From Paracoccaceae bacterium (GTDB lineage Bacteria; Pseudomonadota; Alphaproteobacteria; Rhodobacterales; Rhodobacteraceae), in assembly GCA_015487165.1 (NCBI GenBank), contig WFQE01000227.1, forward strand, positions 17,966 to 81,965: DNA of 64,000 nucleotides, written 5' to 3'. The translations under genes were made by a program, and so were the position numbers. Each line of letters starts with the position of its first letter. Position 1 is the stretch's first letter. This document shows positions 1 to 9,512 of the stretch, piece by piece. The notes under the pieces were generated by a model. That model had not been told where the DNA came from and made no database searches. It was given only the letters and a program-made list of their open reading frames with translations.

Positions 1-111
1 ACGGCTGCGCCCGAGCCGGAGCCCGCCCAGCGGGAACCGGAAGGGCCGGAGCTGTTCAGTTCGGAACTCGGAAACGGGAAATCCCGGAAGCGGGGTTTAT
101 TCCAACTCTAG
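1..111 (+). CDS. 3' end of an ORF truncated by the window edge (ends ...GNGKSRKRGLFQL*), product unknown
   Basis: Frame 1 is open from base 1 to TAG at 109-111, directly followed by the AGGAG ribosome-binding site of the next gene. Too short to judge. Confidence 0.25.
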   Translation, partial: TAAPEPEPAQREPEGPELFSSELGNGKSRKRGLFQL

Positions 112-120
112 GAGTTGCCC

Positions 121-1980
121 ATGAACAAGGGAGGCTTCGGGCGCACGGCCTTGGCCGTCGCCATGGGCCTGTCCGGCCGCTACGGGATCCGGGTGCACTT
201 CGGTGCCCCGGGTGCCCGCACGGACGGCAGGAACATCTATCTCCCTGGGAATCCTTATTCGACCGATCCGGATTACATCCGCCTGGTCGAGGGGTTCTTG
301 GACCACGAGACGGCCCATATCGTTCATACGGACTTTCAAGCCGAGCAGAGCTGCAAGCTGCGCTATCCGCGGAAGGCAGTTCATTCGCTCGCCAATGCGC
401 TTGAGGATGTCCGAATCGAACATCGTATGGGCAAGGAGTGGCCCGGCTGCAAGATCAGCCTGAGTGCCTCGGCCGAGGCATTGCACGACCAGGGCAAGAT
501 CAGGGTGCCCGACGACCTTGTTTCGGCGGTCGGATTCATGTTGCTCGCGAGACTGGAACAGCGTGTTCTGGGTCGGGACTTCATGGCCGATGTCGAGGAG
601 GTTGCCGAGCTGAAACTGCTTGCCGGGGGTGTTGATCCTGCCCGGATCGAACGCGCGAAGTCCCTCGTGGACCAACGCTTCGATGCGGACCGCATGACCA
701 CGCGCGACGTGGTGATGCTGGCCCAGGACATCCTGGACGAGGTGGTGGACCCGAATGCGCCGCAATCTGACGGTGACGAGGGCAACCAGTCCGGCGATTC
801 CGGCCAGCAGCAGGATCAGGATAGCAATGGCGACAAGTCCGAGTCCAAGCCTGACGGCGACAAGGAAGACGCAAGCGGCGCGGCCGGCGACGGCGACGAC
901 GCGGCGGATTCCGAGAACCGTGACAAGGACGAGGACGACGGCCATGGCTCGGATGAGCAGGGCAATGACCGTGATGGCAGCGGCTCCGAAGCCGGCGACG
1001 GCGAGGAGGACGGCCAAAACGGCGACGAGAACCGGGGGGGCGATGGCGGCAATGCCAAGTCCGATTCCGGGAATCGGGGCCAGGACGAAAGCCAGGGTTC
1101 CGGCGGCATCTCCATGGAGGACCTGGAGAATGTTGCGGAGCAGGGCGAGTCCGCGCTGGCCGAAGCCCTGAACGAGGCTGCCGGGAAGACGACCGACAGC
1201 GAGTATGGCGACTGTACGGCCGCGAACAACGGCATGGGCTTGGGTGTCTGGGACGAGAATCTGATCATCATCAGTCCTGGAGATAGGGTCCAGCCGGTTC
1301 CCGGCGTGGCCCGCATCCTGGCGGGTCGTCTCCAGGCGTTGCTGGAGGCCAAGACGGAACGGCACTGGAACCGTCGGAAGTTCGTGGGCAAGGTGGACGA
1401 GCGCAATGTTCACCGGCTGCTCACGAAGGGAGAGCTGACCGTGTTCAGGCGACGCGAGCGGCAATCCACCGATGGCCGAACGGCCGTGCTCGTATTGGCC
1501 GATTGCAGCGGCTCGATGGAAGGTCGCATGGAAATCCAGAAGCAGAGCGTGATGGCCATGACCGACGCGCTTGCCACGATGCAGGATGTCGAGGTGGCGG
1601 TGTATGGCTATGACCATCGCATGTTCCGCTTCAAGGATTTTGGCACGCCCCTGATGGAGGCGCGAAGGACCATCGCCAGGATGCGCGCGCATGGTTACAC
1701 GCGTCTCGAAGAGGCGATGATTGCCTCTTGGGCAAAGCTGATGCAGCGCGAGGCCGACCGGAGGATCCTCTTGGTGACGACGGACGGACAGGTTGGTGGC
1801 GGCGCATGCCGCCTGGCCGAGAGCATGCACATCCCTGGCGAGTTCGAGGTGCTGGGGCTGGGCATGGGCGTTGACATCAGCCATGCGTTGCCCATTTCGC
1901 GTTCCATCATGGACATCGGGCAACTGCCCGGCGCGATGGTGTCGCTGTTGCAGGACCGTCTCGTGGGGATGGTCGCATAA
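121..1980 (+). CDS. VWA-domain protein, CobT-like (HExxH-like N-terminus, acidic linker, C-terminal von Willebrand A domain)
   Basis: ATG 121 lies 6 nt after AGGAG (track start 115 is TTG). MIDAS motif VLVLADCSGSMEG, N-terminal LDHETAHIVH, and a D/E/G/S/N-rich low-complexity linker (about nt 770-1110). The architecture matches CobT/VWA partners of MoxR/CobS AAA+ ATPases. Confidence 0.8.
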   Translation: MNKGGFGRTALAVAMGLSGRYGIRVHFGAPGARTDGRNIYLPGNPYSTDPDYIRLVEGFLDHETAHIVHTDFQAEQSCKLRYPRKAVHSLANALEDVRIEHRMGKEWPGCKISLSASAEALHDQGKIRVPDDLVSAVGFMLLARLEQRVLGRDFMADVEEVAELKLLAGGVDPARIERAKSLVDQRFDADRMTTRDVVMLAQDILDEVVDPNAPQSDGDEGNQSGDSGQQQDQDSNGDKSESKPDGDKEDASGAAGDGDDAADSENRDKDEDDGHGSDEQGNDRDGSGSEAGDGEEDGQNGDENRGGDGGNAKSDSGNRGQDESQGSGGISMEDLENVAEQGESALAEALNEAAGKTTDSEYGDCTAANNGMGLGVWDENLIIISPGDRVQPVPGVARILAGRLQALLEAKTERHWNRRKFVGKVDERNVHRLLTKGELTVFRRRERQSTDGRTAVLVLADCSGSMEGRMEIQKQSVMAMTDALATMQDVEVAVYGYDHRMFRFKDFGTPLMEARRTIARMRAHGYTRLEEAMIASWAKLMQREADRRILLVTTDGQVGGGACRLAESMHIPGEFEVLGLGMGVDISHALPISRSIMDIGQLPGAMVSLLQDRLVGMVA

Positions 1981-2029
1981 CCGTGGATGCCCGCGTTCTG
2001 CGGGCATATTCCCTCAACTGGAGGGACCA

Positions 2030-3106
2030 ATGGAGCAGAAGATCAAGATCACCGAGGGCATGGTCGTCACGGCGAACGTGCGGCTTCTGACATTCTTGCG
2101 GAAGCTCAAGCCGGAGGACCTGCCCGGCGCCGAGATCAAGGAGACGTACAATCTCGGCACCAAGACGCTCATTCCGCGCAAGCCGGACGAGCGTTTCCCG
2201 GTCTGCATGCGGGATTTCAACGCGGTCCGTGATCGCGTGGATTACATCCTCAAGCAGAACAGCTTCTACGACGGGCTGATCCGGTTCGTGCCGTATTCGC
2301 TGGTGGGGGAAACCCTGCTGGAGATGGCCCGGGCCGAGGAGCGCCTGGAGGAGCTGAAGGGGATACTCATCGCGCATTACGATGAGATTCAGGAGCAGTG
2401 GACGACGCTGCACCCGGAGATCAGCCGGGACCTCTATCCCAGCGTGGAGGAGATCAAGTCCCGTATCCGCATGGACTGGTCTGCCACCGAGTTCACCGTG
2501 CCCGAGGGCATGGAGGCGCGCATCATGGAGAGCGAGTCTCTCCAGAAGGTTCTGGCTTCGGCCAAGGATCGCGCCGAGCTGGTGGAGAAGGTGCGGCAGA
2601 AGACGCAGGAAACCATCGGCAGCTTTGCCGACACCTGCGCGGTCCAGCTTGCCGAGCGGTGTGCCGAGGCAGCCAAGAAGCTGTACGACGCCATCGTGAA
2701 GGCCGGCAACGGGCGCCTGAACGGACGCGCGCTGAAGGCGTTTGACGAGGCAGCCAAGCGCATGACCGCGCTCAACTGGATGAACGACGAGAGCATCCAG
2801 GCGGTCGTGGACGAGGCTGGCACGCTGGTCCGGGAAACCGGGCTGATCACCTTCGAGGTGTCCGACCGGCAGGATCACGTCATCAAGTTGCAGCGTTCGC
2901 TGCGGAAGATGATGTCGCTGGCCGGCAAGGCCTCGGAGGTGGCGGCGAGCGACCTCGAAAAGGCCGCGCGCGTGATCGAGCAGGCGGCCAAGGCTCCGCG
3001 TGAGTCCGAGGCCACGCCTGCGGTGGAGGATGCCCAGCAGCCTGCCGCGCCTTCGCGGCCGGCGAGCCGTCGCGGCATCCTGGCTGGAGTCGTGGGGAGC
3101 GCGTGA
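2030..3106 (+). CDS. hypothetical protein, possibly DUF3150-like; helical C-terminal half
   Basis: ATG 2030 follows GGAGGGA (the track ORF starts upstream at 1793 inside the previous gene). The N-terminal KLKPEDLPG...LGTKTLIP...RFVPYS pattern resembles DUF3150 proteins found next to CobS/CobT-like pairs (recalled, not searched). Confidence 0.6.
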   Translation: MEQKIKITEGMVVTANVRLLTFLRKLKPEDLPGAEIKETYNLGTKTLIPRKPDERFPVCMRDFNAVRDRVDYILKQNSFYDGLIRFVPYSLVGETLLEMARAEERLEELKGILIAHYDEIQEQWTTLHPEISRDLYPSVEEIKSRIRMDWSATEFTVPEGMEARIMESESLQKVLASAKDRAELVEKVRQKTQETIGSFADTCAVQLAERCAEAAKKLYDAIVKAGNGRLNGRALKAFDEAAKRMTALNWMNDESIQAVVDEAGTLVRETGLITFEVSDRQDHVIKLQRSLRKMMSLAGKASEVAASDLEKAARVIEQAAKAPRESEATPAVEDAQQPAAPSRPASRRGILAGVVGSA

Positions 3107-3140
3107 GCGCCTCCCGTCCAAATCAACTCAAGGAGGCTCT

Positions 3141-3692
3141 ATGAAGATCGCATTCGCCGGCGCCCAGGGCACCGGAAAGACGACGACGTTGGAGGCCCTG
3201 AACGGGGTCTTGGAACTGCCCGTGCTGAAGTCCCCCGGTCGCCGCGTGATGCGGCAACTGGGCCTGGAATCGGTTGCCGACGCCAGGGCCAAGGGCAAGG
3301 AGCCCGAGCTTCAGCGCATGGTCGCGCAAGCCATCGCCATCGAGCACGGTTCGAGCCGGGAGTTTATCTCGGATCGTTCGATTTTCGATTCGGCGGGTTA
3401 TGACGCGGCCTTGGGCCTGACCAGCCTGGACTATGACAGGCTGATCAAGCGATACCGTGTCCGCTACGACATGGTATTCATCCTGCCCATCGAGTTTGCG
3501 GCGCCGGACGACGGCGTTCGCAGCACCGATGAGGCGGAGCGCCGGAACGTGCAGGCGGAGATTGTCGAGTGCGTGATGCGCTCGGGAATGCCGCACGCGG
3601 TGTTGTCCGGCAGCGTGGACGAGAGGGTGCAGGAAGCCCTGTACGTCCTGTCCGCCATTGGCGGGAGGAAGGCCATCAAGGCCGCAGCATGA
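3141..3692 (+). CDS. P-loop NTPase, AAA_28 / NadR-kinase-like
   Basis: ATG 3141 follows AGGAGG. Walker A GAQGTGKTT lies near the N-terminus. ISDRS and DGVRSTDEAERR motifs resemble NadR-type small kinase domains. Confidence 0.75.
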   Translation: MKIAFAGAQGTGKTTTLEALNGVLELPVLKSPGRRVMRQLGLESVADARAKGKEPELQRMVAQAIAIEHGSSREFISDRSIFDSAGYDAALGLTSLDYDRLIKRYRVRYDMVFILPIEFAAPDDGVRSTDEAERRNVQAEIVECVMRSGMPHAVLSGSVDERVQEALYVLSAIGGRKAIKAAA

Positions 3693-3697
3693 CCAGA

Positions 3698-3732
3698 GGG
3701 GGAGCAGGGCATTGCCTTGCTCCCCTTTTTTT
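3698..3732 (+). terminator. rho-independent terminator
   Basis: GGGGAGCAGGG/CCTTGCTCCCC stem followed by T7, 6 nt after the stop at 3692. Confidence 0.7.
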
Positions 3733-3799
3733 GTCGTCGCGCCAGACGGCCGGAGAGCGGCTTTTGGGAAGGGCGGAAGGCCGTGGTAGCCCGGCCAAG

Positions 3800-3836
3800 A
3801 AAAAGGCGCTCAGAATCGCTCTGAGCGCCTTTCGTG
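3800..3836 (-). terminator. hairpin terminator of the convergent minus-strand gene (A-run/T-run flanks, could act in both directions)
   Basis: Perfect 10-bp stem AGGCGCTCAG/CTGAGCGCCT (3804-3813/3821-3830), flanked by AAAA and TTCGTGTTT. Confidence 0.65.
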
Positions 3837-3839
3837 TTT

Positions 3840-4790
3840 CTATCGGTAGATGCTCATGGGCAACCCGTCAATGAGGTGGGTGCTGCCGAGGTGGAGCGCG
3901 ACCAGGAAGGGCGTGTGCACCCGCGAGAAGTCGGCGTGGAAGATGCCGAGGCGGAGCCTTCCGTTGTCCTGTTCGCTGGCCCGCGCATAGGTTGGCAGGT
4001 CGAAGTCCATGTAGTCGGAGAAGGTGACTCGGTTGCGGAGCGTGCGGTACAGGTGTGCGGTGAGCGTGTGGGAAAGCATCGGCGCATGCGCCTGGGTGAT
4101 GCGGAACAGCTCGTTGTTGACCACCGCGTTGAGGATGATCATGTGCCGGCTCTTGAGCACGACGTTCACCGTTCGTTTTTCCAGCGGATACGCTTCCATG
4201 AGCGTTTCGGAGTCGAAATCGGGCGTCTCGCCGCGTTCGATGGCCGCATCGGCGTTGGCGAACTTGCCGCGCATCATAAACCGGAACCCGGCGAGCATGC
4301 CGAGGTACAGGTCGAGCACCCGGTGATCCTCCAGGTAGAAGCGGGTGGACTGTAGCTGTCCGTTGTCAATGTACTGGAGGCATACCGTTCGGTTTTCCTG
4401 GTCTGGGTACACGCGCAGCGCGCGCTCTTCGCTCCGGATGTCCAGGTATGCCTTGGGGTGCAACTGGTCGCAGAGGAAGTCCCAGAGGAAGTGCAGCAGG
4501 CGCGTGCCTTCGGCATAGCGCATGCGGAAGGCGCCGGCTGCCGGTTCCCAGGACTCGCCGATCTGGAGCGTGCGCTTGGGCGGGTTGGCGTAGTTGCCGC
4601 CGAAGAAGAACGACCAGCGACCTTTCTTGACGGACTGGAAGATCACGCCTGACGGCAGGTAGATCCGCGAGAACGATTCCCGGATGGCCCGGGACATCGC
4701 GGCCGCGGCGTCTTCTGGCGTGAGCATTTCTGGCGCTTCCAGTTCGGTGCGCTCGGTAATTTTTCTCACGGCATTCCCAGTCTGTTGCAT
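3840..4790 (-). CDS. hypothetical protein
   Basis: 316 aa from ATG 4790 (track start 4841 is TTG). GC3-rich coding-like codons, followed by a hairpin terminator. No domain recognised. Confidence 0.6.
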   Translation of the reverse strand: MQQTGNAVRKITERTELEAPEMLTPEDAAAAMSRAIRESFSRIYLPSGVIFQSVKKGRWSFFFGGNYANPPKRTLQIGESWEPAAGAFRMRYAEGTRLLHFLWDFLCDQLHPKAYLDIRSEERALRVYPDQENRTVCLQYIDNGQLQSTRFYLEDHRVLDLYLGMLAGFRFMMRGKFANADAAIERGETPDFDSETLMEAYPLEKRTVNVVLKSRHMIILNAVVNNELFRITQAHAPMLSHTLTAHLYRTLRNRVTFSDYMDFDLPTYARASEQDNGRLRLGIFHADFSRVHTPFLVALHLGSTHLIDGLPMSIYR

Positions 4791-4870
4791 AAACGCGTTC
4801 CCCTGTTCACAATGCCCGGTTGAAACACCGAGAACGTGCAAACAATGGCCGATTGGACTGGAGGCGTCAA

Positions 4871-7231
4871 GTGAAGAGGCTGATCAAGGGAGTGATTCGC
4901 AAGGCTGTCGAGCCGATTCTCGAGGACGACATGCCGGAGTTCGACCGCAAGGTGCACGCCATGTTTGCCACGCCGTCGCTGTTCCGTCCGTGGCGCGAGG
5001 AGCGCGACCGCATCCTGGCCGAGTGCAACTCCCTGATCGGCAAGTCCCAGCCATTGATGCCGCACCAGTACCGCCACCTGCTCACGGACATTGCAACAAC
5101 GGTTTGCCGCTATGCGTGGCCGTTCGCGGCATCGGAGGATCACCACCATCATCACATGGGCGGACTGGTCATCCACTCGTGCGAGACGATGCTGACCGCG
5201 CTGACCATCTTCAACCAGCGATACACGCCGGAGCTGGTCGCGCGCGAGCTGGCCGAGGACGGGGAGCAGGTGCGCTACATGCTCGCCAACAAGCAGTTCG
5301 AGCGCGTGGGCTTTGCCGTGGCTCTGGCGGCCCTGGCGCACGACCTTGGCAAGATGTTCGACCAGACCATTGCCATCGGCAGGCCCGGCATCTACTTCTA
5401 CGCATTGTCATCGCTTCCCGAGATCTGGCTTGCGAAGAACAACGTGGACCGTCGCAGGGCTCACATCGCCTGGCATGCGGAGCGAGAGGCGCAGCGGCAT
5501 GCCGTGTCATCGGTGGGGCTTCTTTTGCACCTCCTGACGCCTCACATGCACGACAAGAAGTATGCGCCGTTCATCGGCGCTTTCATGGCCGAGCGAGCGT
5601 TCCCCCTGGACCGCGAAAGCCGCACGATCCCGCTGAAGAACTTCCCGAAGATTGCCACCTACCTGCACCTGACGAACCTGGCGATCCTCCATCACAACGA
5701 CATGAACTACCACGATCCGCACAACTTCGTGCTGGGCATCCTGCGCCAGTCCGATTCGGACTCTACGGAGGAGTGGGAGAACAAGAACGCGATCAGTCTC
5801 GTGGACTTCATCCGCAAGTTCTTCACGGAGCAGTTCGGCGGCGTGGTGCGCGCCAATGCGGCGGCCGACCTGACGGTGTATGTCCGCAAGAGCGGTCGTT
5901 ACATCCTCGTGCCGAGGCAGCGGTTCTACAAGGTGTTCCTGCAATACCTTGAGACGTTCGGAAAGACGCTGAACGTGAAGGACGATATGTTCGCCCGTGA
6001 GCTGACCCGTCACCGCATTGCCGTGCCTCTTGATGAAGATGAGAATCGCTTCGAGCCGCTCCAGTTCACGGTGCGCGTTCCGTCCATCTCTCACGCGCAG
6101 TTCGACACGCTGGTGCTGGACACGGTGACGCTCGGTATCGGGTTTGACACCGACAATCCTGCGTTACCGATTTACTACCTTGGCTCAAACGACGAGAAGC
6201 GCGGAACGCGCAGCCTGTTTCAGTTCACGCAGATCAGCCGCGACAAGGAACCTCAAGAGGAAAGTGCGCCGGTCATCTTGTCCGAGAGTGGAGACAAAGC
6301 GCAGGACAAACAACGCACCATGTCACGGGATGATGCGCGCGATGATAAGCAGGCTGATACGCAACCGACAACGCAGGAACCTGCGCCTCAATCCGCACCA
6401 AGTCATGCAGTTGATAACAGGTCAGGCAACGCATCTTCCAAGCGCGCTGCAAGCAGGAAGCGCGCGGACAAGGTGCAGCCTGGAAACGACGACAAGCGCG
6501 GTGATGATGTGAGGGAGAAACAGGCGCAGGCAACGAAGTCTCCGCGCAAGCGCAAGCAGGGTGACGACGCGGCTGTTGCAACATCCAAATGCACCGAGGA
6601 CGACGGGGAAGCTGCACCGGTTCAGCAGGGCTTCGACGAGATCCTTGGCGCGGAGTTCGTGGAGGCAGACAAGGCGGCCGGCAACGCGAAGACCCGAGAC
6701 GAGATGCAGGACAAGCCCGACGATGGTGACAGCGATGATACGGCTGTTGATGCGACGGATGCCGCGCACCTTTTGGACTTGATGACGACGGGCAACTACG
6801 ACCCCAGCCGCAGGTCTGCAATGATCGAGTCTCTCGCGGAGTTGGTTGCCAGCGGTCGCCTCTCGATCAACGACAAGAGAATGACCTTTACCGTGCTCTT
6901 GCCTGCTGGAACGAACGAGGTTCATGTACGTCTCAAGGAGCTGGTTCAATCCGTGCCTGACTACGGCCCTCTGTTCAAGCAGGAGATCGAGCACATTGTG
7001 CGTTTGCAACGCGAAGGGATGCAGGATGCTTTCCACCGCAAGATACAGATATGCAAGGTCAACGCTGGGAAGAAGGGAAGGGTTGCGAGTGACTATCATC
7101 TCATCTGTCCCCGCTGGGCAACTTTGCCCACTGGCAAGGGTGGAGGTGCGTTCAAGATTGTGCGCGAAGCAGAGCCTCGCAATGCGGTTGAGGTGCTCAA
7201 CTACTGCGGGCTGGAGAAAGAGGAAAAATGA
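4871..7231 (+). CDS. traI: MobH-family conjugative relaxase (TraI_2-type, HD-domain)
   Basis: GTG 4871 lies 6 nt after GGAGG (first ATG 4931; track start 4820 is TTG). ASEDHHHHHMGGLVIHSCE and LAHDLGK match the His-cluster and HD motifs of SXT/ICEclc-type TraI. A charged low-complexity linker precedes the C-terminal domain. Confidence 0.8.
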   Translation: MKRLIKGVIRKAVEPILEDDMPEFDRKVHAMFATPSLFRPWREERDRILAECNSLIGKSQPLMPHQYRHLLTDIATTVCRYAWPFAASEDHHHHHMGGLVIHSCETMLTALTIFNQRYTPELVARELAEDGEQVRYMLANKQFERVGFAVALAALAHDLGKMFDQTIAIGRPGIYFYALSSLPEIWLAKNNVDRRRAHIAWHAEREAQRHAVSSVGLLLHLLTPHMHDKKYAPFIGAFMAERAFPLDRESRTIPLKNFPKIATYLHLTNLAILHHNDMNYHDPHNFVLGILRQSDSDSTEEWENKNAISLVDFIRKFFTEQFGGVVRANAAADLTVYVRKSGRYILVPRQRFYKVFLQYLETFGKTLNVKDDMFARELTRHRIAVPLDEDENRFEPLQFTVRVPSISHAQFDTLVLDTVTLGIGFDTDNPALPIYYLGSNDEKRGTRSLFQFTQISRDKEPQEESAPVILSESGDKAQDKQRTMSRDDARDDKQADTQPTTQEPAPQSAPSHAVDNRSGNASSKRAASRKRADKVQPGNDDKRGDDVREKQAQATKSPRKRKQGDDAAVATSKCTEDDGEAAPVQQGFDEILGAEFVEADKAAGNAKTRDEMQDKPDDGDSDDTAVDATDAAHLLDLMTTGNYDPSRRSAMIESLAELVASGRLSINDKRMTFTVLLPAGTNEVHVRLKELVQSVPDYGPLFKQEIEHIVRLQREGMQDAFHRKIQICKVNAGKKGRVASDYHLICPRWATLPTGKGGGAFKIVREAEPRNAVEVLNYCGLEKEEK

Positions 7232-7399
7232 GGCGCAAAACAAAAAACCTCACGTTTTTCTTATATACGTCTATAAAAACCGAGATGAGGCACATTTTTC
7301 GTAGAGTATTATTTACCACGGTGTTTTATAGTCGGGATGTGGTTTTTAGGGTTTTAGACGGAGCCCGAAATCGAGTTGGAGAAAGGGGGTGATCGGAGC
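7232..7399. promoter_or_regulatory. AT-rich intergenic island between relaxase and coupling-protein genes; candidate oriT/promoter region
   Basis: Much more A+T-rich than its flanks. Contains the imperfect hairpin GAAAAATGAGG...CCTCACGTTTTTC, the direct repeat ATGAGGC(G/A)CA at about 7228 and 7286, and tandem GGTTTTTAG-GGTTTTAG. Confidence 0.35.
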
Positions 7400-7909
7400 A
7401 TGGCGGACACCTATGTAACGAGTGACAAGCTGCCTGTTACGTTGTGGACGGAGCTGGTGAAAGCTGGTCTGGTCGGGCGGACAATCTATGTGAAGATGTC
7501 GCACCCAGATGCTGAGGGCTCGAACCGGGGAGCGACGCTCCGCGAGCGGATAGTTCGAGACATTGTTGAGCGCCACTTTGACAAGAAACCGATCCTGAAG
7601 AGCGAGCTCAAGGACACTTACATGGTGTCCGACTCGCTGATCGAAAAGGCCGTTGCCGAGGCCAAGAAGCGGCTCGGTCTTGGCTCCGAGTTTCGGTACT
7701 CGAAATTCCGTGGCGGGTTCGTGCGACGCACCCAGCTCAAGACGCATCTTGACCGTAAGGCCCGTGTTTCTCGGCCAGGCCGAATCGTGCGTCCGAAGAA
7801 GGAGCAGGACGCGCCTGCGAAGAAAGGCCGCAAGTCGTCGCTGCCGGGCTTTGAAAAGCCGTTCCGTCCCATTCGCCCGGAAGACCTGATCATTGACAAG
7901 GAGGATTGA
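7400..7909 (+). CDS. hypothetical protein with basic K/R/P-rich C-terminus (possible relaxosome accessory factor)
   Basis: ATG 7400 (track start 7376 is TTG). The functional guess rests only on its position between the relaxase and T4CP genes. Confidence 0.55.
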   Translation: MADTYVTSDKLPVTLWTELVKAGLVGRTIYVKMSHPDAEGSNRGATLRERIVRDIVERHFDKKPILKSELKDTYMVSDSLIEKAVAEAKKRLGLGSEFRYSKFRGGFVRRTQLKTHLDRKARVSRPGRIVRPKKEQDAPAKKGRKSSLPGFEKPFRPIRPEDLIIDKED

Positions 7910-7911
7910 CG

Positions 7912-9414
7912 ATGGCGATTCCGTTCAGGAAGAAGAGCGAGGAGCGTTTCGAGGAGCAGATTGAGGCGGCGCTTGAGCACCAGTCGAAGCAGAACTTCGC
8001 TCTGAAGAAGATGAAGAAGGGATACATCTACTACGGCGAGGGCATCCAGGTTGTCACGCCGAAGGGGGTTCCGGTTCCGAAATCCGAACAGAAGCTGGAG
8101 CCGATGTACCAGGAGATTGGCGAGCGTTTCTATCACGCGTTCACGTCTGGCGCGACGGGTCATGGCAAGACGGTGTTGCAGGAGCTTGAGGTGGTGAACT
8201 TCGTGGCGAACGGCTACACGCAGATCATCTTCGACTTCAAGCCGGACCTTGGCCTGATGGATCGCGCGAAGTGGGCGTCGGACATGGCGGGCAAATCGGA
8301 CAAGTTCCGCCTGATTGCGCCGAACTATCCGAACCACACCTACTACCTGAACCCGGTTGCGAACGTGGACACGCCGGACGAGTTGGTTGCGCGGGTGATT
8401 GGCGCGATCCAGGAGGACACGGACGAGCAGTTCTTCCTGGACACGGCGGAGATGGTGTTGATGGCGATTGCGCGCTGCGCGATGAGCAGTCGGACTCCGT
8501 ATGTCGAAACCAAGACGAAGGATCGGATCGTTCTTGGCAAGGACTTGACGCTGCGGACGCTGTGGCGTTTGCAGTCGGATCGCGTGGCGATGCAGAACCT
8601 GATGGACAATGCCCAGGACGAGGACGGGCGCATTCTGATGAACAAGTTCTTGCTGAAGCCGGAGGATTACGTCGAGAAGATCACCTCGACGCTGGACGTT
8701 CGCCTGGCGCGGCTGGCGATTGGCGATTTCGCGCAGACGTTCAATCCGACGGAGGAGCAGGTAAGCGAGGGTCGCGTGCTGGACCTGCGGCGCGAGATGA
8801 GCACGGGCTCGGTCATCTACTTCATGCTTCCGGTGGACCTGTTTGGCCCGATGGTTTATGGCATTGCGAAGATGGTGTTCCAGACCCTGCAATCGTTGTC
8901 GAACAAGCGGCAGATCAACCGCGACGTGGATCAGCCGGTTGCGGTTCTGGCGGACGAGGCTGACAAGGTTCTTTATCCCTCGATTGACTCGTTCTTCACG
9001 CGTGGTCGTTCGGCGCGCGTGGCGATGAACCTGATCATGCAATCGAAGTGGCAGTTGGTGAGGCGCCTGAAGGACGCCGGCGCGGGCGTGATCTTGTCGA
9101 ACGCGCTGACGACGGTGTGGGGCCGGTGCGGCGATTACGCGAGCGCCGACTATTTCAGCGAGCTTTGCGGCGAGTACGACAAGTACACCGAGTCGGCGAA
9201 CATCCGCGGCATTGGAACGGTGGGACGAAACAAGGAGGAGACGACGAGCATTGGCGTGTCGCAATCGCGAGAGCGGATCATCAAGCCGGAGGAGCTGATG
9301 AACCTGCATCCGGGCGAGATGCTGATTCGTTCTCCGCGGTTGGGTGTATGGCGAATGCGTGTGTGCATGATGCCGGACATTGAGCATCCGTTATCGAAGG
9401 ATCTGAACGAGTGA
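7912..9414 (+). CDS. type IV coupling protein-like ATPase (TraD/TraG/VirD4 family), no N-terminal TM helices
   Basis: ATG 7912 lies 6 nt after AAGGAGGA. Walker A SGATGHGKT, Walker B VAVLADEADK, and a C-terminal TraD/TraG-like region. Confidence 0.8.
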   Translation: MAIPFRKKSEERFEEQIEAALEHQSKQNFALKKMKKGYIYYGEGIQVVTPKGVPVPKSEQKLEPMYQEIGERFYHAFTSGATGHGKTVLQELEVVNFVANGYTQIIFDFKPDLGLMDRAKWASDMAGKSDKFRLIAPNYPNHTYYLNPVANVDTPDELVARVIGAIQEDTDEQFFLDTAEMVLMAIARCAMSSRTPYVETKTKDRIVLGKDLTLRTLWRLQSDRVAMQNLMDNAQDEDGRILMNKFLLKPEDYVEKITSTLDVRLARLAIGDFAQTFNPTEEQVSEGRVLDLRREMSTGSVIYFMLPVDLFGPMVYGIAKMVFQTLQSLSNKRQINRDVDQPVAVLADEADKVLYPSIDSFFTRGRSARVAMNLIMQSKWQLVRRLKDAGAGVILSNALTTVWGRCGDYASADYFSELCGEYDKYTESANIRGIGTVGRNKEETTSIGVSQSRERIIKPEELMNLHPGEMLIRSPRLGVWRMRVCMMPDIEHPLSKDLNE

Positions 9415-9512
9415 TTCGATTGCGCAAATCGGAATCATTGCCTATGGTTCGGCATTGGAACATTGGCAACGCTCGCACGATGTTCCGGGGAAACGCGGAA
9501 AGGGGGTAGCGC

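Noticed and set aside
770-1110. Repetitive-looking GGCGAC/GACGAG-rich stretch that could be mistaken for a tandem repeat or CRISPR-like array
   Set aside because: It lies in frame within the VWA gene and encodes a D/E/G/S/N low-complexity linker. It has no regular repeat-spacer periodicity. The relaxase has a similar charged linker at about 6250-6800.
97-2007. 636-aa ORF on the minus strand, mirroring the VWA gene
   Set aside because: Its composition is R/H/G/L/A-rich with no motifs, as expected for an antisense frame in GC-rich DNA. The + strand ORF carries a clear MIDAS/VWA signature and an SD.
7618-9387. 589-aa minus-strand ORF opposite the coupling-protein gene
   Set aside because: It is a shadow ORF (R/H/L/Q-rich with no Walker motifs). 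The same reasoning applies to 15503..17278(-), 18889..20337(-), 21568..22959(-), 42747..44048(-) and 44256..45872(-).
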